From the NCBI GenBank assembly GCA_964429135.1, contig CAYSAU010000004.1, positions 127,028 through 191,027 on the forward strand: 64,000 nt of DNA, in the 5' to 3' direction. Below the pieces are notes generated by a model. The model was not told the origin of the DNA, ran no database searches, and saw nothing but the letters and a program-made list of their open reading frames with translations. The stretch is from an uncultured Prolixibacteraceae bacterium (GTDB lineage Bacteria > Bacteroidota > Bacteroidia > Bacteroidales > FEN-979). The position numbers and the translations under genes are program-made. Every line of letters starts with the position of its first letter. Positions within the stretch are counted from its first letter, which is position 1. Positions 30,198 to 39,699 of the stretch are shown here, one piece after another.

Positions 30198-31193
30198 ATG
30201 CAATATCTTAAATTGTTTTTCCTGTCACTCTTACTATTAGCCGTAGTTCCGGGATGCAATAAAGAACTTAATGTGAATGCTGACTGGAAAGACATCACCG
30301 TGGTGTATGCCTTACTTGACCAAGCCAGGGATACGACTTTTATTAAAATTACCAAGGCTTTTTTGGGACCTGGTGATGCTCTGCAGTTTGCCAAAATTTC
30401 AGACTCTAGTAATTATCCCGACAAAATGGATGTCAGACTGGAAGAATGGGATGCTAGCACGTATAAAAACACATTTTTCTTAGATACCCTGACCATTCAT
30501 AACAAAGTGGCTGGGGATTCTGTATTTTATTACCCTGATCAGCTGATGTATTTTACCACGGTGAAGCTGAACGAGAATTACCAGTATAAACTGTACATTA
30601 CAAATAAAATCAGCGGTAAGGAAGTGACCGCGGAATCAGGTCTTGTTCATGATTTTTCAATCGAAAAACCATTGCCTTATTTTAAAATGGATTTCAGACC
30701 GGAGTACAACAATGAAGTGAAGTGGTACACGGCCAAAGCAGGTCGCCGCTATCAGTTGAATATCCGTTTTCATTATCAGGAGTCATTAAAGTCCGATACA
30801 TCGGTGAAGGTAACAAAATACATAGACTGGATTGTTTTCAGTAATGTCAAGTCCATCGATCTCCAGGGAGGACAGGAGATTTCGCAATATTATTCCTGCA
30901 ATGGTTTTTATAATGTCATTGGCGCTAACATCCCGGTCAATCCTAATGTCAACCGTAAAGCGCTTTTCGTAGACCTGATTTTTTCTGTTGCCGCAGAGGA
31001 TTTGAACACCTATATGGAAGTGACAGAACCTTCCTATACCATCATCCAGGAAAGGCCCTCATTTACCAATATCGTTAACGGGATAGGCCTTTTTTCGAGC
31101 CGGTTTACAAAAGCGCTGGATTCCATGCAACTGAGTGCCTATACCCTGAATGAACTCAAGGTTAACGAGAAAACAAAATCCCTAGGTTTTTGA
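30198..31193 (+). CDS. hypothetical lipoprotein
   Basis: The start is placed at MQYLKLFF...AVVPGC (lipobox). I recognise no family. Confidence 0.55.
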   Translation: MQYLKLFFLSLLLLAVVPGCNKELNVNADWKDITVVYALLDQARDTTFIKITKAFLGPGDALQFAKISDSSNYPDKMDVRLEEWDASTYKNTFFLDTLTIHNKVAGDSVFYYPDQLMYFTTVKLNENYQYKLYITNKISGKEVTAESGLVHDFSIEKPLPYFKMDFRPEYNNEVKWYTAKAGRRYQLNIRFHYQESLKSDTSVKVTKYIDWIVFSNVKSIDLQGGQEISQYYSCNGFYNVIGANIPVNPNVNRKALFVDLIFSVAAEDLNTYMEVTEPSYTIIQERPSFTNIVNGIGLFSSRFTKALDSMQLSAYTLNELKVNEKTKSLGF

Positions 31194-31323
31194 TTTTTAT
31201 TCCCTGAATTTCTGTCTTTTTGTCACCTCTATGACATAAAACCCTGCTTTGGCACAATGATTGACAGGTGCTATGACAATGATTCACATAAACTGAGTTT
31301 ACTACGAAAGGAGAAATTATAAC

Positions 31324-33258
31324 ATGGGAAAAATTATTGGTATTGATCTGGGCACCACGAATTCATGTGTGGCCGTTATGGAAGGGAATGAACCTGTAGT
31401 CATTCCGAACAGCGAGGGAAGAAGGACTACACCCTCTGTTGTAGGTTTTATTGACAACGGAGAGCGTAAGGTTGGCGATCCGGCCAAACGTCAGGCCATC
31501 ACCAACCCGACCAATACGGTTTCTTCAATAAAAAGGTTCATGGGGGAAACCTATGATCAGATGGATAAGGAAATCAAAAGAGTACCTTACAAAGTGGAGC
31601 GAGGAGAAAACAATACACCCCGCGTAAGCATCAGTGGGAAATTGTACTCACCTCAGGAAATTTCTGCCATGGTCCTTCAGAAGATGAAAAAAACAGCGGA
31701 AGACTACTTGGGCACTGAGGTAAAGGAAGCTGTCATTACCGTTCCGGCGTATTTCAGCGATTCCCAGCGTCAGGCTACCAAAGAAGCCGGGGAAATTGCT
31801 GGTCTTACCGTGAAAAGGATAATCAATGAACCTACTGCTGCTGCTTTGGCCTATGGGCTTGATAAAAAACATAAAGATATTAAAGTCGCTGTCTTCGATC
31901 TTGGTGGCGGGACATTTGATATTTCCATCCTCGAGCTGGGTGATGGCGTTTTTGAAGTCAAATCAACCAATGGGAATACCCATCTTGGGGGAGATGATTT
32001 TGATCAGATTCTGATAGATTGGCTGGCCGATGAATTCAAGAAAGATGAAGGCCTGGATTTGCGTAAGGATCCCATGGCCCTCCAACGGTTGAAAGAGGCT
32101 GCAGAAAAAGCCAAAATAGAATTGTCCAGTTCCATGGAAACGGAAATCAACCTTCCTTATATTATGCCGGTTGATGGTGTTCCTAAACACCTGGTCAAGA
32201 AGCTGACAAGGGCTAAATTTGAGCAACTTATCGACAGCCTGATGCAATCCACCATTCCTCCCTGCCAGCAGGCATTGAAAGATGCAGGTATGAGCGCATC
32301 AGAAGTCAATGAAGTGATCCTCGTCGGAGGTTCCACCAGAATTCCCGCTGTCCAGAAACTGGTCAGGGATTTTTTTGGAAAAGAACCTTCCAAAGGTGTC
32401 AATCCTGATGAAGTTGTCGCCATAGGCGCAGCCATTCAGGGCGGGGTGCTTACCGGAGAAGTTAAAGATGTTTTATTACTTGATGTTACTCCGCTGTCTT
32501 TGGGCATTGAGACTTTGGGTGGCGTGATGACCCGGCTGATCGAATCCAATACTACCATTCCGACACGTAAATCGGAGGTGTTTTCAACGGCTGCCGATAG
32601 TCAGACTTCCGTGGAGATTCACGTATTACAGGGAGAACGTCCGATGGCTAACCAGAATAAGAGCATCGGCAGGTTCCATCTGGATGGTATTCCGCCTGCA
32701 CCAAGAGGAATTCCTCAAATTGAAGTGACTTTTGACATTGATGCCAATGGCATTCTTCATGTCACGGCAAAAGATAAAGCCACGGGAAAATCACAGCAGA
32801 TCAGAATTGAAGCTTCCTCCGGGCTTTCGGAAACAGAAATCAACCGGATGAAAGAAGAAGCTCAACGTAATGCGGATGCCGATAAACGAATGAAGGAAGA
32901 AGTGGATAAGCTGAATCAAGCTGATTCATTGGTTTTCCAGACAGAAAAGCAACTTAAGGAATTCGGCGATAAATTACCGGCTGATAAAAAAGCCAATATT
33001 GAGAAAGCTGCCGAAGAACTTAAAACTGCCCATAAAAACCATGATCTTCCCGGGATTGATAGGGCTATGGCCAACCTAAACGCCCTTTGGCAGACCGCCA
33101 GCGAAGAAATGTATAAAAACGCTTCTCAGGCCGGACCCCAAGGAGATGCTCAAGCAGGAGGAGGTCAATCTCAAGCCGATACAGACGACAGAGGCCCCAA
33201 AGGATCTGGAAATGATGAAGTGACAGACGTCGACTTTGAGGAAGTCAAGGATAAATAA
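31324..33258 (+). CDS. dnaK: molecular chaperone DnaK (Hsp70)
   Basis: It has [18 protein letters not shown] and [11 protein letters not shown] and is 644 aa long. AAGGAG lies 13 nt upstream of the ATG. Confidence 0.97.
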   Translation: MGKIIGIDLGTTNSCVAVMEGNEPVVIPNSEGRRTTPSVVGFIDNGERKVGDPAKRQAITNPTNTVSSIKRFMGETYDQMDKEIKRVPYKVERGENNTPRVSISGKLYSPQEISAMVLQKMKKTAEDYLGTEVKEAVITVPAYFSDSQRQATKEAGEIAGLTVKRIINEPTAAALAYGLDKKHKDIKVAVFDLGGGTFDISILELGDGVFEVKSTNGNTHLGGDDFDQILIDWLADEFKKDEGLDLRKDPMALQRLKEAAEKAKIELSSSMETEINLPYIMPVDGVPKHLVKKLTRAKFEQLIDSLMQSTIPPCQQALKDAGMSASEVNEVILVGGSTRIPAVQKLVRDFFGKEPSKGVNPDEVVAIGAAIQGGVLTGEVKDVLLLDVTPLSLGIETLGGVMTRLIESNTTIPTRKSEVFSTAADSQTSVEIHVLQGERPMANQNKSIGRFHLDGIPPAPRGIPQIEVTFDIDANGILHVTAKDKATGKSQQIRIEASSGLSETEINRMKEEAQRNADADKRMKEEVDKLNQADSLVFQTEKQLKEFGDKLPADKKANIEKAAEELKTAHKNHDLPGIDRAMANLNALWQTASEEMYKNASQAGPQGDAQAGGGQSQADTDDRGPKGSGNDEVTDVDFEEVKDK

Positions 33259-33281
33259 ACTAATTTTTTCGGTTTCTATAT

Positions 33282-33315
33282 ACGGGGATGGGTTAAAAAC
33301 CCATCCCCGTTTTTA
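33282..33315 (+). terminator. rho-independent terminator of dnaK
   Basis: A perfect 13-bp stem forms between ACGGGGATGGGTT (33282-33294) and AACCCATCCCCGT (33298-33310) across an AAA loop, followed by TTTT. Confidence 0.85.
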
Positions 33316-33440
33316 TTAACGGAATGTTAATAAATCGTTGAAGAATTTTCAGGAATTATATGGATATTTGTATTTCTAATAGAATACGCTTCGATTATTC
33401 TTTTGAATTTTATGATCTGAAAAAAATTAAATACGGTTTT

Positions 33441-36400
33441 ATGAAAAAAATATTAATACTCTTGGTTTTCATCTTTGGATTAAGTTATCTGGGATGGCCG
33501 CAATTATTATTGGTAGATGACTTTACCGGGTTGACGGTTGGAGCTAATTTAGCCGGACAATCAGGCTGGACAAAAGGTGGAAGTGGCCCTGATGCAACAA
33601 TTGGAAATGCAACTGTGCTCACCTATGCCAATTATAATGGAGGAGGCGGGGAAAATGTTATTATGCCAAATCCAACCGTAACCGCAAGCCGGGTATATAA
33701 AGCATTGACATCATCTCCGGCTCCCGGGACCAATACTTTTTATTTTTCTTTTCTCCTGCGGCTTACTGCTACAACTGCTGCTTCAGGAAATTATTTTATG
33801 TCATTAGGTGATCCGGGTACAGGAACCGTTTATTTTGCCAGAATATTTGCTCAGACAAGTGGCGCAGGTTTTAATCTGGGGATAGGGAAATTAACCAATA
33901 CGGCTACATACGGAACTACTGTTTTTAACCTGAATCAGACATATCTGGTGGTTGTCAGGTATGATTTTGTGACCGGATCATCCAACGATCCCATGTACCT
34001 TTATGTTAATCCTGTTCTTACAGCAGAACCATCAACAGCTAGTGCTGAAATTTCGGTTACCTCTGGTAATGACGGGAATCCAACCACAGTGGGTAATTTT
34101 CACTGGCATAACCGGGGTGTTGCCAACCCTGTCGGGATATTTGATGCAGTAAGGGTGGCTTACGGTGCAAGTAGTGCCGCTGCCTGGACCAGCCTTGACG
34201 CCTATTTACCAAGCGGAACCCCAACGATTACGGTTGCTCCTGCTGCACTTACAGATTTTAATTACCTGGTAGGAGCCGGTCCATCATCTTCTCAAACCTA
34301 TACTCTTTCTGCAGCCAATCTCACTCCTCTTGCCGGGAATATTACAATAACCCCCTCAACAAATTATGAGGTTTCTCTCGATAATACTACATTTTTCTCT
34401 GTCGCCATTACAAAAAACTATACCGGTGGCACCTTGGCGGCTACCCCAGTATATGTCAGATTGAAAGCAGGATTGGCTCTGGGAAATTATAACCTTGAAA
34501 ACATTGTCAATTCCGGTGGAGGGGCTACCGCCGTTAATGTAGTATGTTCTGGTAGTGTAGTCAAGCCTGAACCTTCCAATCATGTGACGGCCTTTGCGGC
34601 CGCCACAGGTGTTCCATCATACAGTACCATCAATACAACTTGGAGCGATGCTGCAGGCGGAACATTACCGGATGGCTATCTTGTAAAAGCCGCCACGGGT
34701 GGTTATGCTTCTATTACAGATCCAGTGGACGGAACGCCTGAACCCGATGCTCTGCTGGTGAAAAATATCAACCAGGGGGTTCAGACGGCCGCGTTTACAG
34801 GTCTGACAGACAACACTCAATACTATTTTAAAATTTTCCCTTATACAAATTCAGGCACTGCCATCAATTACAAAACCTCAGTTACGGTCCCTCAAGCTAC
34901 TGCCACTACTACACTCAGCCCTTCCATTACCTATACCTGGATAGGTGCTGATGGTGCAGCCTGGAATGTTGCTGCTAACTGGTCGCCTGTGCGGACCTCT
35001 CCCAATATCAATGACATCCTGATCTTTAGTGGAGGAGGAACCAAAACGGTCACTGCAGTCCCAACCGAAACAGTCGGAAAAATTGTCTTGTCAGGGAATA
35101 CAATCATAAACCTTCAAAGCAATGCCGCTTCAGTACTGAGCATTTCCGGAGTGACAGGCGCTGATCTTGATATTCCTGTCGGTTGTGCCCTGAATCTGAA
35201 TGCAATTAACGCCATCACTATTTCCCTTTTGACTTCTGCTACTGCCAGCATCAGTGGAAACATGACTTTTTCAGCCACCGCGAATACAGCACATCGGCTG
35301 ACTGCCGCCGATGCCAATGCCATTACTTTTAATTCCGGGGCTAACTTCACGGCAGGATTGTATTTCCAGGGAAATGCCTTTGGTGCCACCTCGCTTGGTT
35401 CCGTGATATTTGCCAGCGGGTCGACTTATAACCACCAGGCAGGAAGCAATCCTTTCGGAGCCAGCCAGCCCAATAGCGTGGTTGTCTTTCAAACCGGAAG
35501 TCTTTACAAAGTTATTGCTAATGCTTCACCTGCTTTTTCGGGAAGGAATTATGCAAATTTTGAGCTTGATGCAAGCAGCGCTTCCATTACCACAACCGGA
35601 GCCAGCGCGGTGACCATGGATAACTTAACCATCACTAACGGTACCCTGAACTTCAATATGACTGGGACACCGGGACATTCCATCAAAGGAAATATTTTTG
35701 TCGCCAGCGGAGGTACCCTGAATTTCAACCCTGCCTCTGCAGGAACAGTCGCCCTGAATGGTAGTACGGAACAAAGCATTTCCGGACCAGGACTCATTAC
35801 CACGGGAACAAACTCCACTTTCGACATTTCTAATGTTGCTGGAGTTAGTCTTGGAACTTCTATTGCCATGAATGGGAAGCTGAAGCTTACCTCCGGATTA
35901 TTGACCCTTGGGTCAAGCGATCTGTTGCTGGGAACAACCTCTGTTATTCTTGGAACCCCTTCTTCAACCAATATGATTGTAGCCACCGGCAGCGGACAGC
36001 TACAAAAAAAGTTTGCCAGCGGGTTTACAGGGAGCTTTGAATTTCCGGTTGGTGACAATAACCCTCCCGCCGAATATTCCCCCGTGACACTGAACTTCAT
36101 TTCCGGAACTTTTGGAACCGGCAGCTATGCTGGCGTTAACCTGGTTAATGCCAAATATCCAGACGATCCGAATACCGGGAATTATCTCAATCGTTACTGG
36201 GCTGTTACACAAAATGGTATTACCGGATTTAACTGCAATGCTACTTTTCAGTACCTGCCCGAAGATGTTCATGGAACTGAAAGCCAGATCTATTGTCTCA
36301 GGGTTCTTCCATTGCCGTTTACCACCTTTAATATAGCCAATACCACCCTTCATCAATTGTCGGCCAATGGTTTGAATACATTCGGCACTTTTACCGGTTC

Positions 36401-37997
36401 CCAACCCCAGTTGCCCCAGGTAATCACTTCACCGGTAATAGATGTTACCTATAATTCAGCCACGGCAGGGGGTGATGTCACCAGTGATGGGGGATCTTCC
36501 ATCAATGCACGCGGTGTTTGTTATGCCACCACCCATAATCCATCCCTGACAGGACCCCACACCACAGAAAGCGGTGGAACTGGTGCATTCACCAGCAATC
36601 TGACCGGTTTGCTACCCCAAACCACCTACTACGTGAGGGCCTATGCTACAAACATGGTCGGTACGACATATGGTGGTGAGGTTTCCTTTACTACCCTGTG
36701 TGAACCTTATCCCCCTGCAATTGATTTTTATGCAGATCATATCAATATTAATGTGGGAGACAGCATTAACTTCTTCGATGCCTCATTGTATTGCCCGACA
36801 TACTGGAAGTGGTCTTTTGTCGGAGGAGAACCTTATGAAAGTTTTGCTCAAAATCCGACCTGGATCCATTATAACTATCCCGGTGTCTTTACGGTTTGCC
36901 TTGATGAAAGCAACAACTATGGCTATTCTTCCATTTGCAAGGAAGCCTATATTACGGTCACGGCACCTCCCGTTCCCTCGGATGCTAAACTCGTGATTAC
37001 CGAGATTATGTATAATCCACCTGAATCCGGTGTCGATACCCTTGAATTTATAGAAGTATATAATAATGATGCAGCCCCTTTAAACATCAAGGATTTTTAT
37101 TTCGATAAAGGGGTAGTATATACTTTTCCGGATACAACCCTGCAACCTTATTCCTATCTGATTGTGTCAAAAAGTGCAGCAGCCATGTTTAATACTTTTG
37201 GTATAAATGTTTTGCAATGGATTGATGGATCGCTCAACAATGGGGGAGAACCGATTGTGATCTATGACAATCAGGGATTTTTAGTGGATTCTGTTTACTT
37301 TGACGATGTTCCGCCCTGGGATACCCTTGCCGATGGCTGGGGACCTTCCCTGGAGCTCTGTGATCCCAATTCAGACAACACCAACCCGTTGAACTGGAGG
37401 GCCGCTATTGAATTTGCTGCCATTAACCCTGCCGGAGATTCAATCTGGGCCACACCCATGACAGGATGCTCCTATCTCCCTTTGGCAAACTTCGAAGCCA
37501 GCGATACTGCCATAACGCAATACCAGTATGTAACATTTACTGATCTGTCATCTTCCGATGCAGTTAACTGGTTCTGGACTTTTGAAGGAGGAATCCCTGA
37601 TGCATTTGAAGGGAAATCGCCGCCTCCTGTACAATATCCGTTTATGGGCGCTTTTGATGTAAGCCTGACAGTAGTTAATGTTGTAGGACAAAACACCCTG
37701 CTCAAATCGGAATATATTGAAGTTGGCCCTTCAGGTATTCCTGCTCCTGCCATGGATGAAGGAATACAGATTTATCCAAATCCCGGAAAAGGTCCTTTTA
37801 CATTGCAGCTTAACGCTCACCTTGTCCCGTCTGTTGTTACCATTATCAATCAACTGGGAAAAGTAGTTTTTGAAGTTGAAATCAAGCAACAAACAAATAT
37901 CATTAATCCGGCAAGACTTACACCGGGAATATATTTCCTAAAGGTTGTGACAGAAAATCCGGGAGTAACCAAATTAAGTAAATTAATCATTCATTAA
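33441..37997 (+). CDS. large T9SS-secreted multidomain protein (type A CTD) with a lamin-tail domain (LTD), PKD-like domains and a beta-helix-like core
   Basis: The start is placed at MKKILILLVFIFG (33441). It has a LamG-like N-terminus and an FN3-like module ending YFKIFPYTNSGTAINYKT. It also has a TYTWIGADGAAWNVAANW-type beta-helix region and an LTD (KLVITEIMYNPPESGVDTLEFIEVYNN). The C-terminus IYPNPGKGPFTL...GIYFLKVVTE...KLIIH is a Por_Secre_tail. Confidence 0.8.
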   Translation: MKKILILLVFIFGLSYLGWPQLLLVDDFTGLTVGANLAGQSGWTKGGSGPDATIGNATVLTYANYNGGGGENVIMPNPTVTASRVYKALTSSPAPGTNTFYFSFLLRLTATTAASGNYFMSLGDPGTGTVYFARIFAQTSGAGFNLGIGKLTNTATYGTTVFNLNQTYLVVVRYDFVTGSSNDPMYLYVNPVLTAEPSTASAEISVTSGNDGNPTTVGNFHWHNRGVANPVGIFDAVRVAYGASSAAAWTSLDAYLPSGTPTITVAPAALTDFNYLVGAGPSSSQTYTLSAANLTPLAGNITITPSTNYEVSLDNTTFFSVAITKNYTGGTLAATPVYVRLKAGLALGNYNLENIVNSGGGATAVNVVCSGSVVKPEPSNHVTAFAAATGVPSYSTINTTWSDAAGGTLPDGYLVKAATGGYASITDPVDGTPEPDALLVKNINQGVQTAAFTGLTDNTQYYFKIFPYTNSGTAINYKTSVTVPQATATTTLSPSITYTWIGADGAAWNVAANWSPVRTSPNINDILIFSGGGTKTVTAVPTETVGKIVLSGNTIINLQSNAASVLSISGVTGADLDIPVGCALNLNAINAITISLLTSATASISGNMTFSATANTAHRLTAADANAITFNSGANFTAGLYFQGNAFGATSLGSVIFASGSTYNHQAGSNPFGASQPNSVVVFQTGSLYKVIANASPAFSGRNYANFELDASSASITTTGASAVTMDNLTITNGTLNFNMTGTPGHSIKGNIFVASGGTLNFNPASAGTVALNGSTEQSISGPGLITTGTNSTFDISNVAGVSLGTSIAMNGKLKLTSGLLTLGSSDLLLGTTSVILGTPSSTNMIVATGSGQLQKKFASGFTGSFEFPVGDNNPPAEYSPVTLNFISGTFGTGSYAGVNLVNAKYPDDPNTGNYLNRYWAVTQNGITGFNCNATFQYLPEDVHGTESQIYCLRVLPLPFTTFNIANTTLHQLSANGLNTFGTFTGSQPQLPQVITSPVIDVTYNSATAGGDVTSDGGSSINARGVCYATTHNPSLTGPHTTESGGTGAFTSNLTGLLPQTTYYVRAYATNMVGTTYGGEVSFTTLCEPYPPAIDFYADHININVGDSINFFDASLYCPTYWKWSFVGGEPYESFAQNPTWIHYNYPGVFTVCLDESNNYGYSSICKEAYITVTAPPVPSDAKLVITEIMYNPPESGVDTLEFIEVYNNDAAPLNIKDFYFDKGVVYTFPDTTLQPYSYLIVSKSAAAMFNTFGINVLQWIDGSLNNGGEPIVIYDNQGFLVDSVYFDDVPPWDTLADGWGPSLELCDPNSDNTNPLNWRAAIEFAAINPAGDSIWATPMTGCSYLPLANFEASDTAITQYQYVTFTDLSSSDAVNWFWTFEGGIPDAFEGKSPPPVQYPFMGAFDVSLTVVNVVGQNTLLKSEYIEVGPSGIPAPAMDEGIQIYPNPGKGPFTLQLNAHLVPSVVTIINQLGKVVFEVEIKQQTNIINPARLTPGIYFLKVVTENPGVTKLSKLIIH

Positions 37998-37998
37998 C

Positions 37999-39636
37999 AT
38001 GAAAACCATGAAAAAGTTATTATCAGTATTGTTTTTATTGATCCTGCTTTCCTCTTCCGTGACTTTCGGACAGGGACTGGAAAATTTCAACAATTATGTT
38101 GGTACATCTGGCACTTATTCTGACGGCACGTTTACGGGTCAGGATGGATCTGTCTGGTCCTATACTCAGTGCCGTAGTGATAGGGCCATCGTAGCTCCTT
38201 CTCCTTGTTTGGGTAAAAACCGCACCCCTGCAGCCAACGTTTACTCCGGTGCCATTCATAATGGTTGCGGCGTTATCAGTTTTGATTATAAACAGGGATT
38301 TTCTTCAGCTGTTAATCTGAATATCCTCATCAATGGTCTGGTTGTCGGCAACGTAACAAGTCCAGGGGGAACAGCGGATACCAGTGTGGTGCATAATTCC
38401 GGACCGATCACGGTCAATGTATCCGGTGATTTTGAGATCAGATTTGAACAAGCTAATAATTCTTCCTCCGGACAGGTTACGGTGGATAATGTTACCTGGA
38501 CCTCATACGGAGGTGGCCCCTTGCCTGAACCCACCAACTATCCTACTGCTTTCACTGCAACTCCTTCTCCTTTTACCATTAACCTGAGCTGGGTAGATGC
38601 TATTGGAGACCAAGTGCCGACTGCTTACCTGATCCTGGGCAGCGAGGAAGACAATATTGATCTCCCCATCGACGGAATTCCGGAACCCAATGACCCGGAT
38701 CTGTCTGATGGAACCGGCGCCCTCAATGTTTTACCCGGTGTTCAGTCCTGCCAGTTTACAGGATTACAAAGCAACAAGCAATTTTTCTTCAAGATCTTCC
38801 CCTATACCAATACCGGTACGGCCATCAATTATAAAACAAATGGTGTTCCACCCAGCGCCAATGCCACCACCCCCAATGTTGCCATTATCAATTATGAAAA
38901 TTTCAATTCCGGCACTTTTGGGTCATGGTCTCAAAAAAGTATCCTTGGCGATACCACCTGGTCCATTGATATGACTCATGGTGTCGGAGGTACTCCCTGT
39001 GCAAAAGTCAGTGGCTATTATGGTGGATCATCTCATCAGAATGAAGACTGGCTGATCTCTCCCGCGATGAATTTCAACCAGTACACCAATGAAGAGCTCA
39101 CTTTCCAGACGGCAAAGAATTATACAGGACCGGATTTGGAACCCCTGATATCAAATGATTACAACGGAACAGGCGATCCCAATGATTTTACCTGGTCTCC
39201 CCTTGCAGGAACGCTTTCAGCCGGAAGCTGGGTATGGACGCCTTCGGGTATCATCAGCGTTGCGGGAACGGCCGGGAGTGCTGTTTATATTGCCTTTAAA
39301 TTCACCAGTACAGATACGGAATCTGCTACCTGGGAAGTGGATGAAATCCTTACCACAGGTATCCGCATTGTCGGTGTTCCGGAAACGGAATCAAGTCTGA
39401 CCAGTTTCAGCATAACACCAAATCCTTCCAATGGACAATTTACTCTTTATTTTAAGGATAATTCCGAAAAAGAAATAAGGATTACTTCCCTGGTTGGAAA
39501 AGAAATCTATGTTGTTAACACCAACCAGATCAATCTTGGAATTAAACTTCCCGATCTTTCTGCAGGGATTTATTTCGTTCAGGTTAAACAGGCCGGAAAT
39601 ACCAAGGCTGATGTCAAAAAACTTATTGTACGCTAA
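37999..39636 (+). CDS. T9SS-secreted protein (type A CTD) with an FN3-like module and a choice-of-anchor-J-like domain
   Basis: It has a signal peptide and shares the module ...FFFKIFPYTNTGTAINYKT with the upstream gene. NEDWLISPAMNF is typical of choice-of-anchor J domains. The C-terminus is ITPNPSNGQFTLYF...GIYFVQVKQ...KKLIVR. Confidence 0.75.
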   Translation: MKTMKKLLSVLFLLILLSSSVTFGQGLENFNNYVGTSGTYSDGTFTGQDGSVWSYTQCRSDRAIVAPSPCLGKNRTPAANVYSGAIHNGCGVISFDYKQGFSSAVNLNILINGLVVGNVTSPGGTADTSVVHNSGPITVNVSGDFEIRFEQANNSSSGQVTVDNVTWTSYGGGPLPEPTNYPTAFTATPSPFTINLSWVDAIGDQVPTAYLILGSEEDNIDLPIDGIPEPNDPDLSDGTGALNVLPGVQSCQFTGLQSNKQFFFKIFPYTNTGTAINYKTNGVPPSANATTPNVAIINYENFNSGTFGSWSQKSILGDTTWSIDMTHGVGGTPCAKVSGYYGGSSHQNEDWLISPAMNFNQYTNEELTFQTAKNYTGPDLEPLISNDYNGTGDPNDFTWSPLAGTLSAGSWVWTPSGIISVAGTAGSAVYIAFKFTSTDTESATWEVDEILTTGIRIVGVPETESSLTSFSITPNPSNGQFTLYFKDNSEKEIRITSLVGKEIYVVNTNQINLGIKLPDLSAGIYFVQVKQAGNTKADVKKLIVR

Positions 39637-39660
39637 AGAGGTATTGCATAAAAAGTAAGA

Positions 39661-39699
39661 CAAGGTTGCCTTATTATAAGGCAACCTTGGTCTTTTTTT
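39661..39699 (+). terminator. rho-independent terminator after the 545 aa T9SS gene
   Basis: A perfect 13-bp stem forms between CAAGGTTGCCTTA (39661-39673) and TAAGGCAACCTTG (39677-39689) across a TTA loop, followed by GTCTTTTTTT. Confidence 0.8.

Noticed and set aside
33360-33440. A 27 aa N-terminal extension (MDICISNRIRF...) of the 1545 aa T9SS protein. It is preceded by AAGAATT and AGGAATT heptamers like those in the 18-nt element.
   Set aside because: The signal peptide starts at M28 (MKKILILLVFIFG), and an extension before it is atypical. The heptamer resemblance is short and has different spacing (2 nt), so I did not count it as a third copy.
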